Below are positions 45,829-56,074 of a DNA stretch of 64,000 bases, piece after piece (position 1 is the first letter of the stretch; each line of letters starts with the position of its first letter). The notes beneath the pieces were generated by a model. It had not been told where the DNA came from and made no database searches. It saw only the letters and a list, made by a program, of their open reading frames with translations. The DNA comes from Candidatus Nomurabacteria bacterium (GTDB lineage Bacteria; Patescibacteriota; Minisyncoccia; Phycocordibacterales; UBA9973), in NCBI GenBank assembly GCA_052035405.1, contig JBPOHQ010000008.1, positions 32,893 through 96,892 of the forward strand. Direction: 5' to 3'. The position numbers and the translations under genes are program-made.

Positions 45829-45890
45829 TCTTATATAATATATCTCTCAAACATTTTGCACAAGTTGTCTCTGTTTATATGAATGTAAAT

Positions 45891-45923
45891 TTAAAAATCC
45901 TCCAGAATATGGAGGATTTTTAA
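45891..45923 (-). terminator. Intrinsic terminator after tig
   Basis: TTAAAAATCCTCCA-gaata-TGGAGGATTTTTAA. Confidence 0.75.
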
Positions 45924-45934
45924 ATAAAGTCACC

Positions 45935-46996
45935 TTATTGGATTTCTAAGAATTGAAATATCTTTTCGTTAGTTAAGATATTTTCTGCGTGAATAGTAGC
46001 TCTTTCTCGATCTGCATCTTTGTAGTGCTCTAATATATGATTAACTTCTTTTTCTACTTCAGCTTCATCTGCGACAATATTTTCTGTTTGAGATATTTTG
46101 TGAAGTACGAGACCGAGTTTTGCTTTTTTCTCAGCGTCATTTCTAAATTCTCCTTTTAAATCCTCAACAGTTTTGTTTAAATGCTTAAGGTAGTCTTCAA
46201 ATTTTAATCCCATTTGAGTTATGTCTGATTCCATTCTGTAAAGAATTTTATTGAGTTCAAGGTTAATCAGTACTTCAGGAACTTCTATCTTTGATTCGTC
46301 TATTATTTTTTCAACTATCTTCAGTCTATTTTTTTCTTTTGCAAGGTTTCCTTTTTCTAGGATAAGGTTTTCTTTTAGTTTTTCTTTAAAGTCAGCGACG
46401 TTTGCAAAGGGTCCCATTGATTGAACAAATTCATCTGTAAGTTCTGGTAGCTCTGGTTCTTTATTTTTTTCTTCTTCTGAAAGTTCAACTCCTTCTGTTA
46501 TGTGCTTCTTCGGAGTTCTAGATTTCTGAATGTCTTTTATGGTGTTTTCTAGTTCTTCGTCTGTAACAGTTATGTTCTTTTCCTCTGGTGTGATGCTTGA
46601 ATTGATATCTTTTGCAATTTTTTTGTAGTCGGGAAGAGTTACTTCTGGAATTGTTGCTGTTTTAATCTTAAATCCTAATGGATTATTTCTCCCTAGTTTA
46701 GTGATGGCTATTTCTGGTCTATCGATAACATCGAGCTTGTGTTCCTCAATCATTTTTGGATAGTGTTCACCGAGAGCGAGTTCTGCCATTTCTTCTAAAA
46801 TACTTATTTCAGGAATTTTTGAAATCATGATGTTTTCTGGAACTTTTCCTTTTCTAAAACCATCAATTTCTAAGTTTTTACCTAGATTTTCTAAAGCTTT
46901 TTTATAGTAAGATTCAAAGACGGTGGTCTCTATTTCTCCTTCAATTTCTATCTCACTTTTTGGTAATTTAGTTATTTTTATGTTCACAGTACTCAT
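45935..46996 (-). CDS. tig: Trigger factor, apparently lacking the PPIase (FKBP) domain
   Basis: IDGFRKGKVP signature; the N domain joins almost directly to LPELTDEF of the C domain; 353 aa. Confidence 0.9.
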   Translation of the reverse strand: MSTVNIKITKLPKSEIEIEGEIETTVFESYYKKALENLGKNLEIDGFRKGKVPENIMISKIPEISILEEMAELALGEHYPKMIEEHKLDVIDRPEIAITKLGRNNPLGFKIKTATIPEVTLPDYKKIAKDINSSITPEEKNITVTDEELENTIKDIQKSRTPKKHITEGVELSEEEKNKEPELPELTDEFVQSMGPFANVADFKEKLKENLILEKGNLAKEKNRLKIVEKIIDESKIEVPEVLINLELNKILYRMESDITQMGLKFEDYLKHLNKTVEDLKGEFRNDAEKKAKLGLVLHKISQTENIVADEAEVEKEVNHILEHYKDADRERATIHAENILTNEKIFQFLEIQ

Positions 46997-47080
46997 ATAA
47001 GGGTATAATTGTATTTATTTCTAATAAGTACAGTAAATATATCTTTTTATTCTTATTTTGTCTATTTTTGATCTAAAATA

Positions 47081-47109
47081 AAAAATCCACTCTAGTAGAG
47101 TGGATTTTT
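47081..47109 (-). terminator. Intrinsic terminator
   Basis: AAAAATCCACTCTA-g-TAGAGTGGATTTTT. Confidence 0.75.
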
Positions 47110-47123
47110 AAAAAGATAACGGG

Positions 47124-47384
47124 TTACTGAATTGTTTCTACATCAACAGCAGTGTCAGTACTGTTAGTGTTATTCATGTCTTGTTCTAGGATTGTAAGTT
47201 CATCATATGCTTTAATCGCCGCAGCTTCTTCGCTAGAATTTGCTGTGGTGTTTTGTTCTTCTGCTGTCTCTGGTTTGTCTAATTTAGTCATCCATACGTA
47301 GATACCGCCAATAATTAATACAAGTACGACGATGATTGATCCGATTAATGCACCATTTGATTTTTTTTCCATTGTTGGTTCCAT
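47124..47384 (-). CDS. Small single-TM hypothetical protein
   Basis: GALIGSIIVVLVLIIGGIYVW TM helix and an acidic tail. Confidence 0.7.
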   Translation of the reverse strand: MEPTMEKKSNGALIGSIIVVLVLIIGGIYVWMTKLDKPETAEEQNTTANSSEEAAAIKAYDELTILEQDMNNTNSTDTAVDVETIQ

Positions 47385-47415
47385 ATAATTTTTAGATTAA
47401 TTAAATTAATAATTT

Positions 47416-48150
47416 TTATTGATTCGCAGTAGCGTTTACGTTTGCATTAGTGTTTGCATTTACTTCAGATGTTGCTCTTTTTGCTTTTACAGAGTCCTTT
47501 AAAGCTTTCACTGCGTCATTTAACGTCTTGTAAGAATCTTTAAGGAGGTTTTCAGCATCAGTAATCATTGTCTTGAGTTTTGTTTTATTCTCCCCTTTAA
47601 TTTCATCTGTTGATGCTGCAAGCATTGTATGAATTTCAAGTACTTTTGTTTTTGCTTCTTCTAATTTAGTGTGAGCAGTATTAACATGAGTTTGTGCAAG
47701 AGTAGTGTCTATGCCAAGTTCTGCTACTTTATCCATTTGTACATTGACGCGACCTTCAAAAGTTGCAACTCTTTCTATTGCTAAATCAAATCGGATTAAT
47801 GCTTGCTCTCTACTCTTAAGTCTCTCTTCTTTTATTTTAGCTGTTGCTTTGTTTGTTTCTGCCTTTATCTTTGCTTTTAGAGCATCCATTTTAGCTGCTG
47901 CTTGTGCTCGAAGTATATCTATCTTACTTTTGACTTCTCCTTTGATTTCCTCTTTTTCGGTGCTGGTACCGAGATTTTGATCTAACGGTTTTGCATCTCG
48001 AATCATTCCATCTTGACCAACAATCCCTTGTTTTACAGAAGTTGTTGCAGTTGCGGAACCTTTTACGCTTGTTGAAAGCTCTGCTTGTGCTGCACTAACT
48101 CCAGTAGACAAGAACCCAACAATAACTAAAAATCCTAAATATTTTTTCAT
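47416..48150 (-). CDS. Secreted coiled-coil hypothetical protein
   Basis: Signal peptide (..SAAQA) and long Ala/Lys-rich helices. Confidence 0.7.
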   Translation of the reverse strand: MKKYLGFLVIVGFLSTGVSAAQAELSTSVKGSATATTSVKQGIVGQDGMIRDAKPLDQNLGTSTEKEEIKGEVKSKIDILRAQAAAKMDALKAKIKAETNKATAKIKEERLKSREQALIRFDLAIERVATFEGRVNVQMDKVAELGIDTTLAQTHVNTAHTKLEEAKTKVLEIHTMLAASTDEIKGENKTKLKTMITDAENLLKDSYKTLNDAVKALKDSVKAKRATSEVNANTNANVNATANQ

Positions 48151-48264
48151 AATTTTTTAATATTAAATTTAATAATCTGACCTATACTATAGTATACCCT
48201 TTAAACAAAAATCACCCAAAGCAGTTTGGATGATTTTTGTGGATAGATAACTTATATTTCGCTT

Positions 48265-48852
48265 TTATTCTTCAAATTTTGATAGATATTGGGTTTTATA
48301 TCTTTCCTGGCATTCCTTGATTATTTTCATAGCTTCTTCTTTTCCGAAGAAGCCTAATACTTTACAGGTTCCAGGTTTTTTAAGGTCTTTATAGTGTTCA
48401 AAATAATGCTCTGTTTCTTTTTCCCAGTGACCTCCAAGTTCTTCAAAAGAGTTAATGTGGTCCATTCTTTTGTCGTCTGCTAATACAGTGATGATCTTGT
48501 CGTCTCTTTCTCCTCCATCTTCGAACTTCATTACTCCGATTACTCGAAGCTCAGCGAGAGATCCAGGTACAAGGGGTTCTGTAACATTCGCAATTACCAA
48601 ATCAAGCATATCATTATCTTGGTCCCAGGTTTGTGGAATAAGTCCGTATGCTACAGGGTATGCAAGAGATGAATACCCAACTCGGTCTAATTTGAGCTGT
48701 CCAGATTCAGTAATGAATTCGTATTTATTAATAGAATTAGAATTAATTTCTATGAGTCCGTTAACGATACCTTTTGATTCGTCTACATAAGATTCAAGTA
48801 CATGTTGTAAATTCAACATGAATTTTGAAGGTTTGTGATGTATATTTGCCAT
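48265..48852 (-). CDS. ppa: Family I inorganic pyrophosphatase
   Basis: NKYE, LDRV, YP.AYGLIPQT..QDNDMLD, ED.GERDDKII, F.HYKDL. Confidence 0.9.
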   Translation of the reverse strand: MANIHHKPSKFMLNLQHVLESYVDESKGIVNGLIEINSNSINKYEFITESGQLKLDRVGYSSLAYPVAYGLIPQTWDQDNDMLDLVIANVTEPLVPGSLAELRVIGVMKFEDGGERDDKIITVLADDKRMDHINSFEELGGHWEKETEHYFEHYKDLKKPGTCKVLGFFGKEEAMKIIKECQERYKTQYLSKFEE

Positions 48853-48875
48853 ATAATGTAATTATAGTCTTATTA

Positions 48876-50045
48876 TTATTTAGCTTCAACTTCTTCACCC
48901 ATATCCACTTCGTCTCCGTCGGTTGATACAACATCTGCACCGTTACCTTTGATGTCAATTCTCCAACCAGTGAGCTTTGCAGCAAGACGGACATTTTGTC
49001 CTCCTTTTCCGATTGCGAGTGAAAGTTGATCTTCGGTAACTTCTACTACAGCTTTGTGTTCTTTTTCGTCTATTTCAATAGAAGTTACTTTTGCAGGAGA
49101 CAAAGAGTTTGAGACAAGCACTTTTGGATCATCTGACCAAGGAATAATGTCTATTTTTTCACCACCGAGTTCGTTTGTGATTGTGTTTACTCGTGTACCT
49201 TTTTGTCCGACACAAGATCCTACTGGATCAATGTGATCATCATTTGAAAATACTGCAATTTTACTTCGTGCACCAGCTTCACGGGCTATAGATTTTATTT
49301 CTACTACTCCATTTTCTATTTCTGGAGCTTCAACAGCGAAAAGTTTCTCAATAAATTTTGGATGAGTTCTTGAGAGTCTTAGGTTGATTCCTCTTGGTGT
49401 GTCTTCTACAGAATATAGGTAAGCACGCAATCTTTGTCCACGAGCAAAATGCTCTCCTGGAATCTGTTCTTCTACTGGGAGTATGCCTGTAGCACGATTA
49501 AAATCAATATATACATTACCTCTTTCTATTTTTTGTACTATACCAGAAATAACTTCTCCTTCTTTTGTGCCATATTCATCAATAATTGAGTTTCTCTCAG
49601 CTTCACGAATTCTTTGAATGATAACTTGTTTCGCTGTTTGTGCTGCAATACGTCCATAATCTTCTTTATCCTCAAGAGGAAAGATGATTTCATCGTTTAA
49701 TTCAGCACCTTTTTTGATTTTCTTAGCATCTTCAAGAAGTATATGGTGTTCAGGATTGAAACGTACTCGTTCATCTCCGTCTTCTTTAATAGAATATTCT
49801 TCGTCTTCATCTGCCATATCCATACGTGCGATACTTTCATCGACAACGATTTTAACCTGGAAAAAGTCAGTTTTTCCTGTTTCGAGGTCAAATTTTGCAC
49901 GAACTATTTGTCCTTTCTTTCCGTAATCTTTCTTGTATGCTGCGGCCATTGCTTGTTCGATGGCATCTAATATTTTTTCTTTTGGAATTTTTCTCTCTTC
50001 CTCTAGCTGTTCCAATGCTGATTTAAATGTTTTTATGTCTAACAT
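48876..50045 (-). CDS. nusA: Transcription factor NusA
   Basis: GRIAAQTAKQVIIQRIREAER, S1 domain, REAGARSKIAV, GSCVGQKG, LSLAIGKGGQNVRLAAKLTGWRIDI. Confidence 0.97.
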   Translation of the reverse strand: MLDIKTFKSALEQLEEERKIPKEKILDAIEQAMAAAYKKDYGKKGQIVRAKFDLETGKTDFFQVKIVVDESIARMDMADEDEEYSIKEDGDERVRFNPEHHILLEDAKKIKKGAELNDEIIFPLEDKEDYGRIAAQTAKQVIIQRIREAERNSIIDEYGTKEGEVISGIVQKIERGNVYIDFNRATGILPVEEQIPGEHFARGQRLRAYLYSVEDTPRGINLRLSRTHPKFIEKLFAVEAPEIENGVVEIKSIAREAGARSKIAVFSNDDHIDPVGSCVGQKGTRVNTITNELGGEKIDIIPWSDDPKVLVSNSLSPAKVTSIEIDEKEHKAVVEVTEDQLSLAIGKGGQNVRLAAKLTGWRIDIKGNGADVVSTDGDEVDMGEEVEAK

Positions 50046-50231
50046 ATATTTAATTGTTATTTAATTTTTAATTTTTCGACTATTAAATTTTTTAATTCTC
50101 ATCATTTTTATCTGATTAAGAAAAAATAAAAGCCCCGGTTTGACAGGACTTGTATATTTCAAAGTATATCATATCTTATCCACAGGTCAAATTAACTTCC
50201 TCAAAAACATATTATGTTGTATAATTCTCGT

Positions 50232-50549
50232 ATGTCTAGGCAAAATATTATTTTGTTACTTTCACTACTAATCATTTTAGTGATTTTTGCCAGTTTTTAT
50301 TTTTATAAAAAAAGTAAAGATACGTATGTTCCTCCAGTTGTAGAACAAACTCCCTTAGAAAAGAAAGAAGCAGCTGAAAGAGAAGAATTAAAGAAAATAA
50401 ATACATCGGTAAAGCCAGTAGAGCCAAAACAAGAAGAAAAAATGCGTAACGAGCTTGAAGAGTTTCAGCCTGCTCCATCTGCCAATACTCTGAGTGAAGA
50501 AGATATGAGAAAGGCTCTTTTGGAACTTAATTCACCGTCTAATCCTTAG
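50232..50549 (+). CDS. Single-TM hypothetical protein (probable start MSRQN at 50232)
   Basis: TGTATAAT-N6-ATG; N-terminal TM helix and charged tail. Confidence 0.65.
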   Translation: MSRQNIILLLSLLIILVIFASFYFYKKSKDTYVPPVVEQTPLEKKEAAEREELKKINTSVKPVEPKQEEKMRNELEEFQPAPSANTLSEEDMRKALLELNSPSNP

Positions 50550-50556
50550 TTAAAAA

Positions 50557-52131
50557 ATGCAAAAATATTTTAAAAAATTTTTAAGTTTGGGATTTATAAC
50601 AGTATTTGCTTTTATTGCTGTTTCTTATTCCATTCCAGCTAAGGGTAGTGTAACAGACAATGTATCTGGTTTTGCTTGGGAGGCAAATGACTGGGTGGAT
50701 AAAAATAGTAATGGAGTTGTAGATGTAAACGAAGATATGACTGAACCTGGTGGAACAGGATGGATATCTTTCAATTGTACATCTGATGTGTCTGGAACTT
50801 GTGGTTCTTCTGATTACGGTGTAACAATCAATCCAACTACAGGGGACATCACTGGTTATGCTTGGTCTTCAAACTATGGATGGCTTAAATTTGGTGGACA
50901 CTCTGGGTTCCCTACAGGTGGAGGTACGGTAGCAGAAAATGCAAAGATAAACTTTAGTTCAGGTACCGCTAATGCGAGACCAATGACAGGCTGGGCACGT
51001 TTTTGTGCTGTATATTCATCTGGTTGTGACGGAGCCCTAGCTCCTAGTTCAGTCCGTGGAGGCTGGGATGGCTGGGTGAGCTTTTCTGGAACAGCTCCTA
51101 CCTATGGTGTAACTTTAAATACTTCGGTAACCCCAAATGTTTTCAGTGGTTATGCTTGGGGAGGAAATGGTGGTTCTGGTAATATAGGTAAAAACGTTGT
51201 TGGTTGGATATCTTTCAATTGTGCAAGTGGTGGCAACTGTGGAACTTCAGACTATAAAGTCTCATATAATCCACCTGGAACACCCACTGTAGATATTCAA
51301 GCTACTCCTGTTGCTGGTGGTGCAACAACTCTTTCTTGGACAGGTTCAAACTTAGCTTCAGGTAACTCTTGTGTTGGTAGTCAAACTGGACCAAGCTCTA
51401 CGAGTTGGACTGGGTCTCACCCTTCTCCATCAGGGTCTTTCCCTCTATCAGGCTTAGTTGATGGAACCTATGTATTCACTATAACTTGTGCGGGTAATCC
51501 TTTTGGTTCTGCAGTGGACAATGTTACTGTGGTGGTGGGTGCTGGGCTTGATTTGTACGCAGACTCTCTTACAGTGTTTGCACCTAGCTATCAGACCACT
51601 CTTCACTGGGATTCTGTTCCTTCTGGTTACCCTTTAACAAACTGTACTCCTAGTAGTAATCCAGCTGTGGCTGCGTGGGATAATTTAGCACCTTGGAACA
51701 TACCTCCAGCCGGATCTTTTGTAGTAACAGTACCTCCAGCTTCGAATCCTACTCGTTTTACACTTACTTGTTATGATAACGGAACTCCTATTGTTAAATT
51801 TGTTGACTTAAATAGAGGTTCTCTCAGTGAAGTTGTAAATCTTTCAAGTACTGCTGTTGTGAATAATTTAACTACTCTTTCTTATTCTTTTACTAACATT
51901 GATGAAAATACTTGTGTAGCTACTTCTAATCCATTAGTAAAGAGTTGGGATGGTAGATTTGAGATACCTCCTCCATATTCTCTTTCAGATGTCGCAGTTC
52001 CAGCTGGAGTAGATACAACGTATACATTAACCTGTATTGGTACTCAGACAGGAAATTCTATATCAGATAGCATAACCTTAAATGAAAATAGTGGAAATAC
52101 TGGTACACCGCCACAATATATCGAAAATTAA
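50557..52131 (+). CDS. Secreted surface protein with G.AW/GWISF repeats and Ig-like C-terminal modules
   Basis: SGFAW..GWISF, TGYAWSSNYGWLKF, TGWAR..GWVSF and SGYAW..GWISF repeats; three modules ending F/YT.TC. Confidence 0.75.
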   Translation: MQKYFKKFLSLGFITVFAFIAVSYSIPAKGSVTDNVSGFAWEANDWVDKNSNGVVDVNEDMTEPGGTGWISFNCTSDVSGTCGSSDYGVTINPTTGDITGYAWSSNYGWLKFGGHSGFPTGGGTVAENAKINFSSGTANARPMTGWARFCAVYSSGCDGALAPSSVRGGWDGWVSFSGTAPTYGVTLNTSVTPNVFSGYAWGGNGGSGNIGKNVVGWISFNCASGGNCGTSDYKVSYNPPGTPTVDIQATPVAGGATTLSWTGSNLASGNSCVGSQTGPSSTSWTGSHPSPSGSFPLSGLVDGTYVFTITCAGNPFGSAVDNVTVVVGAGLDLYADSLTVFAPSYQTTLHWDSVPSGYPLTNCTPSSNPAVAAWDNLAPWNIPPAGSFVVTVPPASNPTRFTLTCYDNGTPIVKFVDLNRGSLSEVVNLSSTAVVNNLTTLSYSFTNIDENTCVATSNPLVKSWDGRFEIPPPYSLSDVAVPAGVDTTYTLTCIGTQTGNSISDSITLNENSGNTGTPPQYIEN

Positions 52132-52183
52132 AATTATAAGTAACATTAAAAATTAACATTATCAACACAATTACCAAATTATT

Positions 52184-55100
52184 ATGAATTTAAAAAATAA
52201 CAACACAATAAAAACTTTATTAAAATCATTTTTCTTCTTAGCTTTAATTGCAGTGTCTATAAATGCAGTTGCTGTTTGGCAAGCACCGACAGCTGTACCT
52301 ACTTCTGGAAACGTTGCAACTCCGATAAACTCAGGTACTGATGCCCAGATAAAAAATGGTGGCTTGACCGTAGGATTTTTCCAGTCCAATGGTGTTTCTG
52401 TGTTGTCTGGTAGTGTTGATATTGGTGGCACTTTGACTATCTCGAGTGGTACTCCCGGAGCAAACAAGGTTCTGACTTCAAATGCCTCAGGCGTTGCTAC
52501 ATGGCAAACGCCGGCAGTGACAGGAGCTCCACTTAGTGCTTCTTTTATAACTCAAACAGCAGATGCTAGTTTGACTAACGAACAAGCTCTTGCAACACTA
52601 GGTACAGGATTACTTAAAAATACGACAGGTACAGGGGTGTTATCTATTGCAACTCCTGGTACAGATTATTATAATTCAGCGTCTTTTAACCTCACAGGTC
52701 CAGTAACTTCAGTTGGACTAGCTACTGCAATCACAGATGGAGCTATTGTAACAGCAGATTTAGCAAACAGTGCAGTAACCATAGCTAAGATAAGTGCTAC
52801 AGGAACTCCTTCTGCTACTACATATCTACGAGGTGATGGTACTTGGTCAACTCCTGCTGGAGGCGGAGGTGGAGGAGCTCTCTCTGATGGAGATTATGGT
52901 GATATCACAGTGACTGGTTCTGGAGGAATTTGGAATATAGATCCAAGTACTGTGGGCACTACTGAAATTGTAGATAATGCGATAAATAACCCTAAAATAC
53001 TTGATAATGCAGTAACAAATTCAAAAATTATAAATGGTGCCGTGACTATAAGTAAAATAGGTACCACTTCAGGTACAGCTTCAGCTTCTACTTTCTTACG
53101 AGGTGACGGTACGTGGTCTGCTGGTCCTGTTGGTCCGCAAGGTATACAAGGACCAGCTGGAGCTACTGGTGCCACCGGAGCAACTGGAGCACAGGGTGCA
53201 CAAGGACCTCAAGGTCCCCAAGGCCCTCAGGGACCACAAGGTCCTGCAGGTACAGGAAGTGGTATAGTCGGTCCAGGTACAATAAATCGTCTAGCTAAAT
53301 TTACAGCAACAGATACAGTGGATGATTCTATTATTTGGGACAATGGTACAAATATTGGTATAAATACGGTTGCGGCATCAGACGCACTAAATAGACTTAC
53401 GGTCAGACAGAGTGTAAATGCTACTCCAGCGGTTTTCTCATCTTATGGTTTTGGATTAATGAACCAATCAAGTGTGGAATTGACTCTTGGTGCTGATGCA
53501 AGTAATGCTTATTTACAAAGTTGGAATACAAAGCCATTAGTTATAAATGGTCAAGGAAATAATGTGGGTATTGGCGTAAGTCCAACTACAAAACTGGACG
53601 TTAACGGGGTGGTGAAAGCAACTGGTTTTCAGATAGGTACTTCTTCAACAAGCGGATGGGTTCTTACTACTAATGCTTCTGGAGTTGGTACATGGGCAGC
53701 ATTACCAGCAGCAACACAAGGCAATCTTTCTGGAGACATAACATCTTCAGGTCTTGTAACTAGCTATAATAATACAGTACCTGTAACTAAGGGTGGTACA
53801 GGACTTACTTCAATTGCAGCTAGGTCAATTTGGGTTGCTAACACCGCAAACACAATTACAACTCTTAATCCTGGAGCAGGTCAATCTATACGTATAAACG
53901 CGGCAAACACTGGTTGGGAAGTCTATACTCCTGCTACTGGTAGTGGAAGTGGAACAGTTACTTCAGTCGGACTTACAACAAATACAACAGGTGCGGATAT
54001 TAGTGTTTCTGGTTCACCTATTACTACAAGTGGATCATTTACTCTAAGTATTCCTACGGCTTCTGGTTCAGCTCGTGGTGCTCTGTCTTCTGCTGACTGG
54101 ACGACTTTCAACAATAAGATGTCTAATCCTATGACGACTACAGGAGATGTTATTGTAGGTGGTTCTTCAGGGTCTCCTACAAGGTTGGCTGCTGGTACAG
54201 CAGGACTTGTCCTTAAATCAAACGGACCCGGAGTGGCTCCAAGCTGGCAAGCAGATGCGACAGGTGGTGCGGGAGGAATAACCACTGTTGGTGCTATTGA
54301 TACTCAAACTAAATCAACAAATGGATTAGTCATAAACGGAACAAGTATTTATGCTCAAACAGCAGATTCCTCAAATCCAGGACTTGTTTCTATTTCTGGA
54401 CAGACTTTTTCTGGAGATAAAGCGTTTAACGGTAAGGTTGGTATAAATATGACTACTCCTTCTCGTAACTTGGATGTAACAGGAACTGGTCGTTTTACGG
54501 CTGGGTTTATATCAGTTTCAGGAAACGCAAACAGTACAAGCACTACTACAGTCACAGGTACAAGCACACAATTTACTACTCAATTAAGAATAGGGGATCT
54601 TATTACTATCAGCGGACAAACAAGAAGAGTCACAAACATATCAAACAACACACAACTCACAGTTAACTCTGCTTTTTCTGGAGCAAGCGGTGCTATAAGT
54701 GGATTTGCTCCAATTCTTATGGTTAGATCTTTGAGTGGTAATGAATTAATAGTTGACGCTGGTGGAGACGTAGGAATAGGATTAGGAAATGGTATTCCAA
54801 GTGCAAAGCTTGATGTTCGAGCAACAACTTCAAACCCTGCAGGTATAAATCTTTCACCATGGAGCACTTCAGCTGGAAATACTTCTGAATTAAGATTCTC
54901 TGAACTTACTGCAAATGGTATTAACTTTATAGGATTTAAATCTCCAGACTCTATCTCTACAGATACTACATATGTATGGCCGAGTGCAGTACCTACCGCA
55001 GGTCAAGTCTTAACAGCTGGTGCACCAGTTTCTGGGATTTCTACCTTATCATGGGCTGCTGGAGGAGGAGGTGGTGGTGCTATAAGTGCACTTACTGCGG

Positions 55101-55993
55101 CTACTGTTGCAAATACTATAAACAACTCTGCATGGATGCAAGAATGGCAATGGAATACACTTGGATCTGGAACAGGACTTAAACTTTCTTCTGCATCAAC
55201 AGCCGCACCTGGAGCCACACAAAGACTTTTTGAAATATCAGTTACAGGTACAGGCTCAGGAGGAAGTACTTCAACTGCATCACATGTAACAAACAGTAAG
55301 ACAAACAGTGGAGGCACAAATGTTGCAGGTTACTTCTCTGCATCAGGTGCTACTACCGCTAACTACGCTTTATATGTTGGAGCTGGAGTTATAGGAAATT
55401 TAAATGGAACTGCTGCAGCACCTAGCTATACATTTAGCGGTAGTGCAACTACCGGTATGTGGTCTTCAGCTGTAAACACACTAAACTTCGCAACAGCTGG
55501 TACAAACAGACTAACTATTGATTCTACTGGAGGGGTTACTGCTACAGGTCTTGCAGGTACTGGAGAAAGAAGAGTCTGTGTAGACAGTACGGGTAAATTT
55601 AAAGTATGTGCTTCGGAAATTAATAAGATTATATCTTTTGCACTTAAATATAATGGTGGTACAAGCTTTACCGCAGAGAACACTTCAGTCTTATGGACTG
55701 ATGATCCTACAGATGTCAGTGAAAACGTACTAGTTGTAAGTGCTACAAATCCTAGTACAGGACGTTATTTACTAAATGTCACTTTTGATGGATGGAGCAT
55801 GGATTCTGACGAGATGGTTTCTGCGACGTATGTAGCTCAATCAAACGGTCTACACAAAATGTCTTTGAAAGATGAGGATGGTAATAATAACTTAGAATTT
55901 CAAATATCAAATGACAACGTGCCATCAAATATGGATGTTGGAGATGAATTGTACTTTATTATGCAATGGCCTACTGTTGGTATAAATAACTAG
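52184..55993 (+). CDS. Large secreted fibre/adhesin-like protein with a collagen segment and tail-fibre-like repeats
   Basis: Signal peptide, [17 protein letters not shown]-terminus, about 14 Gly-X-Y triplets, repeated [18 protein letters not shown] and NVGIG...P..KLDV motifs. Confidence 0.8.
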   Translation: MNLKNNNTIKTLLKSFFFLALIAVSINAVAVWQAPTAVPTSGNVATPINSGTDAQIKNGGLTVGFFQSNGVSVLSGSVDIGGTLTISSGTPGANKVLTSNASGVATWQTPAVTGAPLSASFITQTADASLTNEQALATLGTGLLKNTTGTGVLSIATPGTDYYNSASFNLTGPVTSVGLATAITDGAIVTADLANSAVTIAKISATGTPSATTYLRGDGTWSTPAGGGGGGALSDGDYGDITVTGSGGIWNIDPSTVGTTEIVDNAINNPKILDNAVTNSKIINGAVTISKIGTTSGTASASTFLRGDGTWSAGPVGPQGIQGPAGATGATGATGAQGAQGPQGPQGPQGPQGPAGTGSGIVGPGTINRLAKFTATDTVDDSIIWDNGTNIGINTVAASDALNRLTVRQSVNATPAVFSSYGFGLMNQSSVELTLGADASNAYLQSWNTKPLVINGQGNNVGIGVSPTTKLDVNGVVKATGFQIGTSSTSGWVLTTNASGVGTWAALPAATQGNLSGDITSSGLVTSYNNTVPVTKGGTGLTSIAARSIWVANTANTITTLNPGAGQSIRINAANTGWEVYTPATGSGSGTVTSVGLTTNTTGADISVSGSPITTSGSFTLSIPTASGSARGALSSADWTTFNNKMSNPMTTTGDVIVGGSSGSPTRLAAGTAGLVLKSNGPGVAPSWQADATGGAGGITTVGAIDTQTKSTNGLVINGTSIYAQTADSSNPGLVSISGQTFSGDKAFNGKVGINMTTPSRNLDVTGTGRFTAGFISVSGNANSTSTTTVTGTSTQFTTQLRIGDLITISGQTRRVTNISNNTQLTVNSAFSGASGAISGFAPILMVRSLSGNELIVDAGGDVGIGLGNGIPSAKLDVRATTSNPAGINLSPWSTSAGNTSELRFSELTANGINFIGFKSPDSISTDTTYVWPSAVPTAGQVLTAGAPVSGISTLSWAAGGGGGGAISALTAATVANTINNSAWMQEWQWNTLGSGTGLKLSSASTAAPGATQRLFEISVTGTGSGGSTSTASHVTNSKTNSGGTNVAGYFSASGATTANYALYVGAGVIGNLNGTAAAPSYTFSGSATTGMWSSAVNTLNFATAGTNRLTIDSTGGVTATGLAGTGERRVCVDSTGKFKVCASEINKIISFALKYNGGTSFTAENTSVLWTDDPTDVSENVLVVSATNPSTGRYLLNVTFDGWSMDSDEMVSATYVAQSNGLHKMSLKDEDGNNNLEFQISNDNVPSNMDVGDELYFIMQWPTVGINN

Positions 55994-56018
55994 TTTTTAT
56001 TTTCTTGGTACAAAATTA

Positions 56019-56063
56019 ACAAAAAAATCCTCTTAAGTTTTATCTTTTGAGGATTTTTTTGTT
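56019..56063 (+). terminator. Intrinsic terminator overlapping the pilB promoter
   Basis: ACAAAAAAATCCTC...GAGGATTTTTTTGT immediately followed by TATAAT. Confidence 0.7.
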
Positions 56064-56074
56064 ATAATATATCT

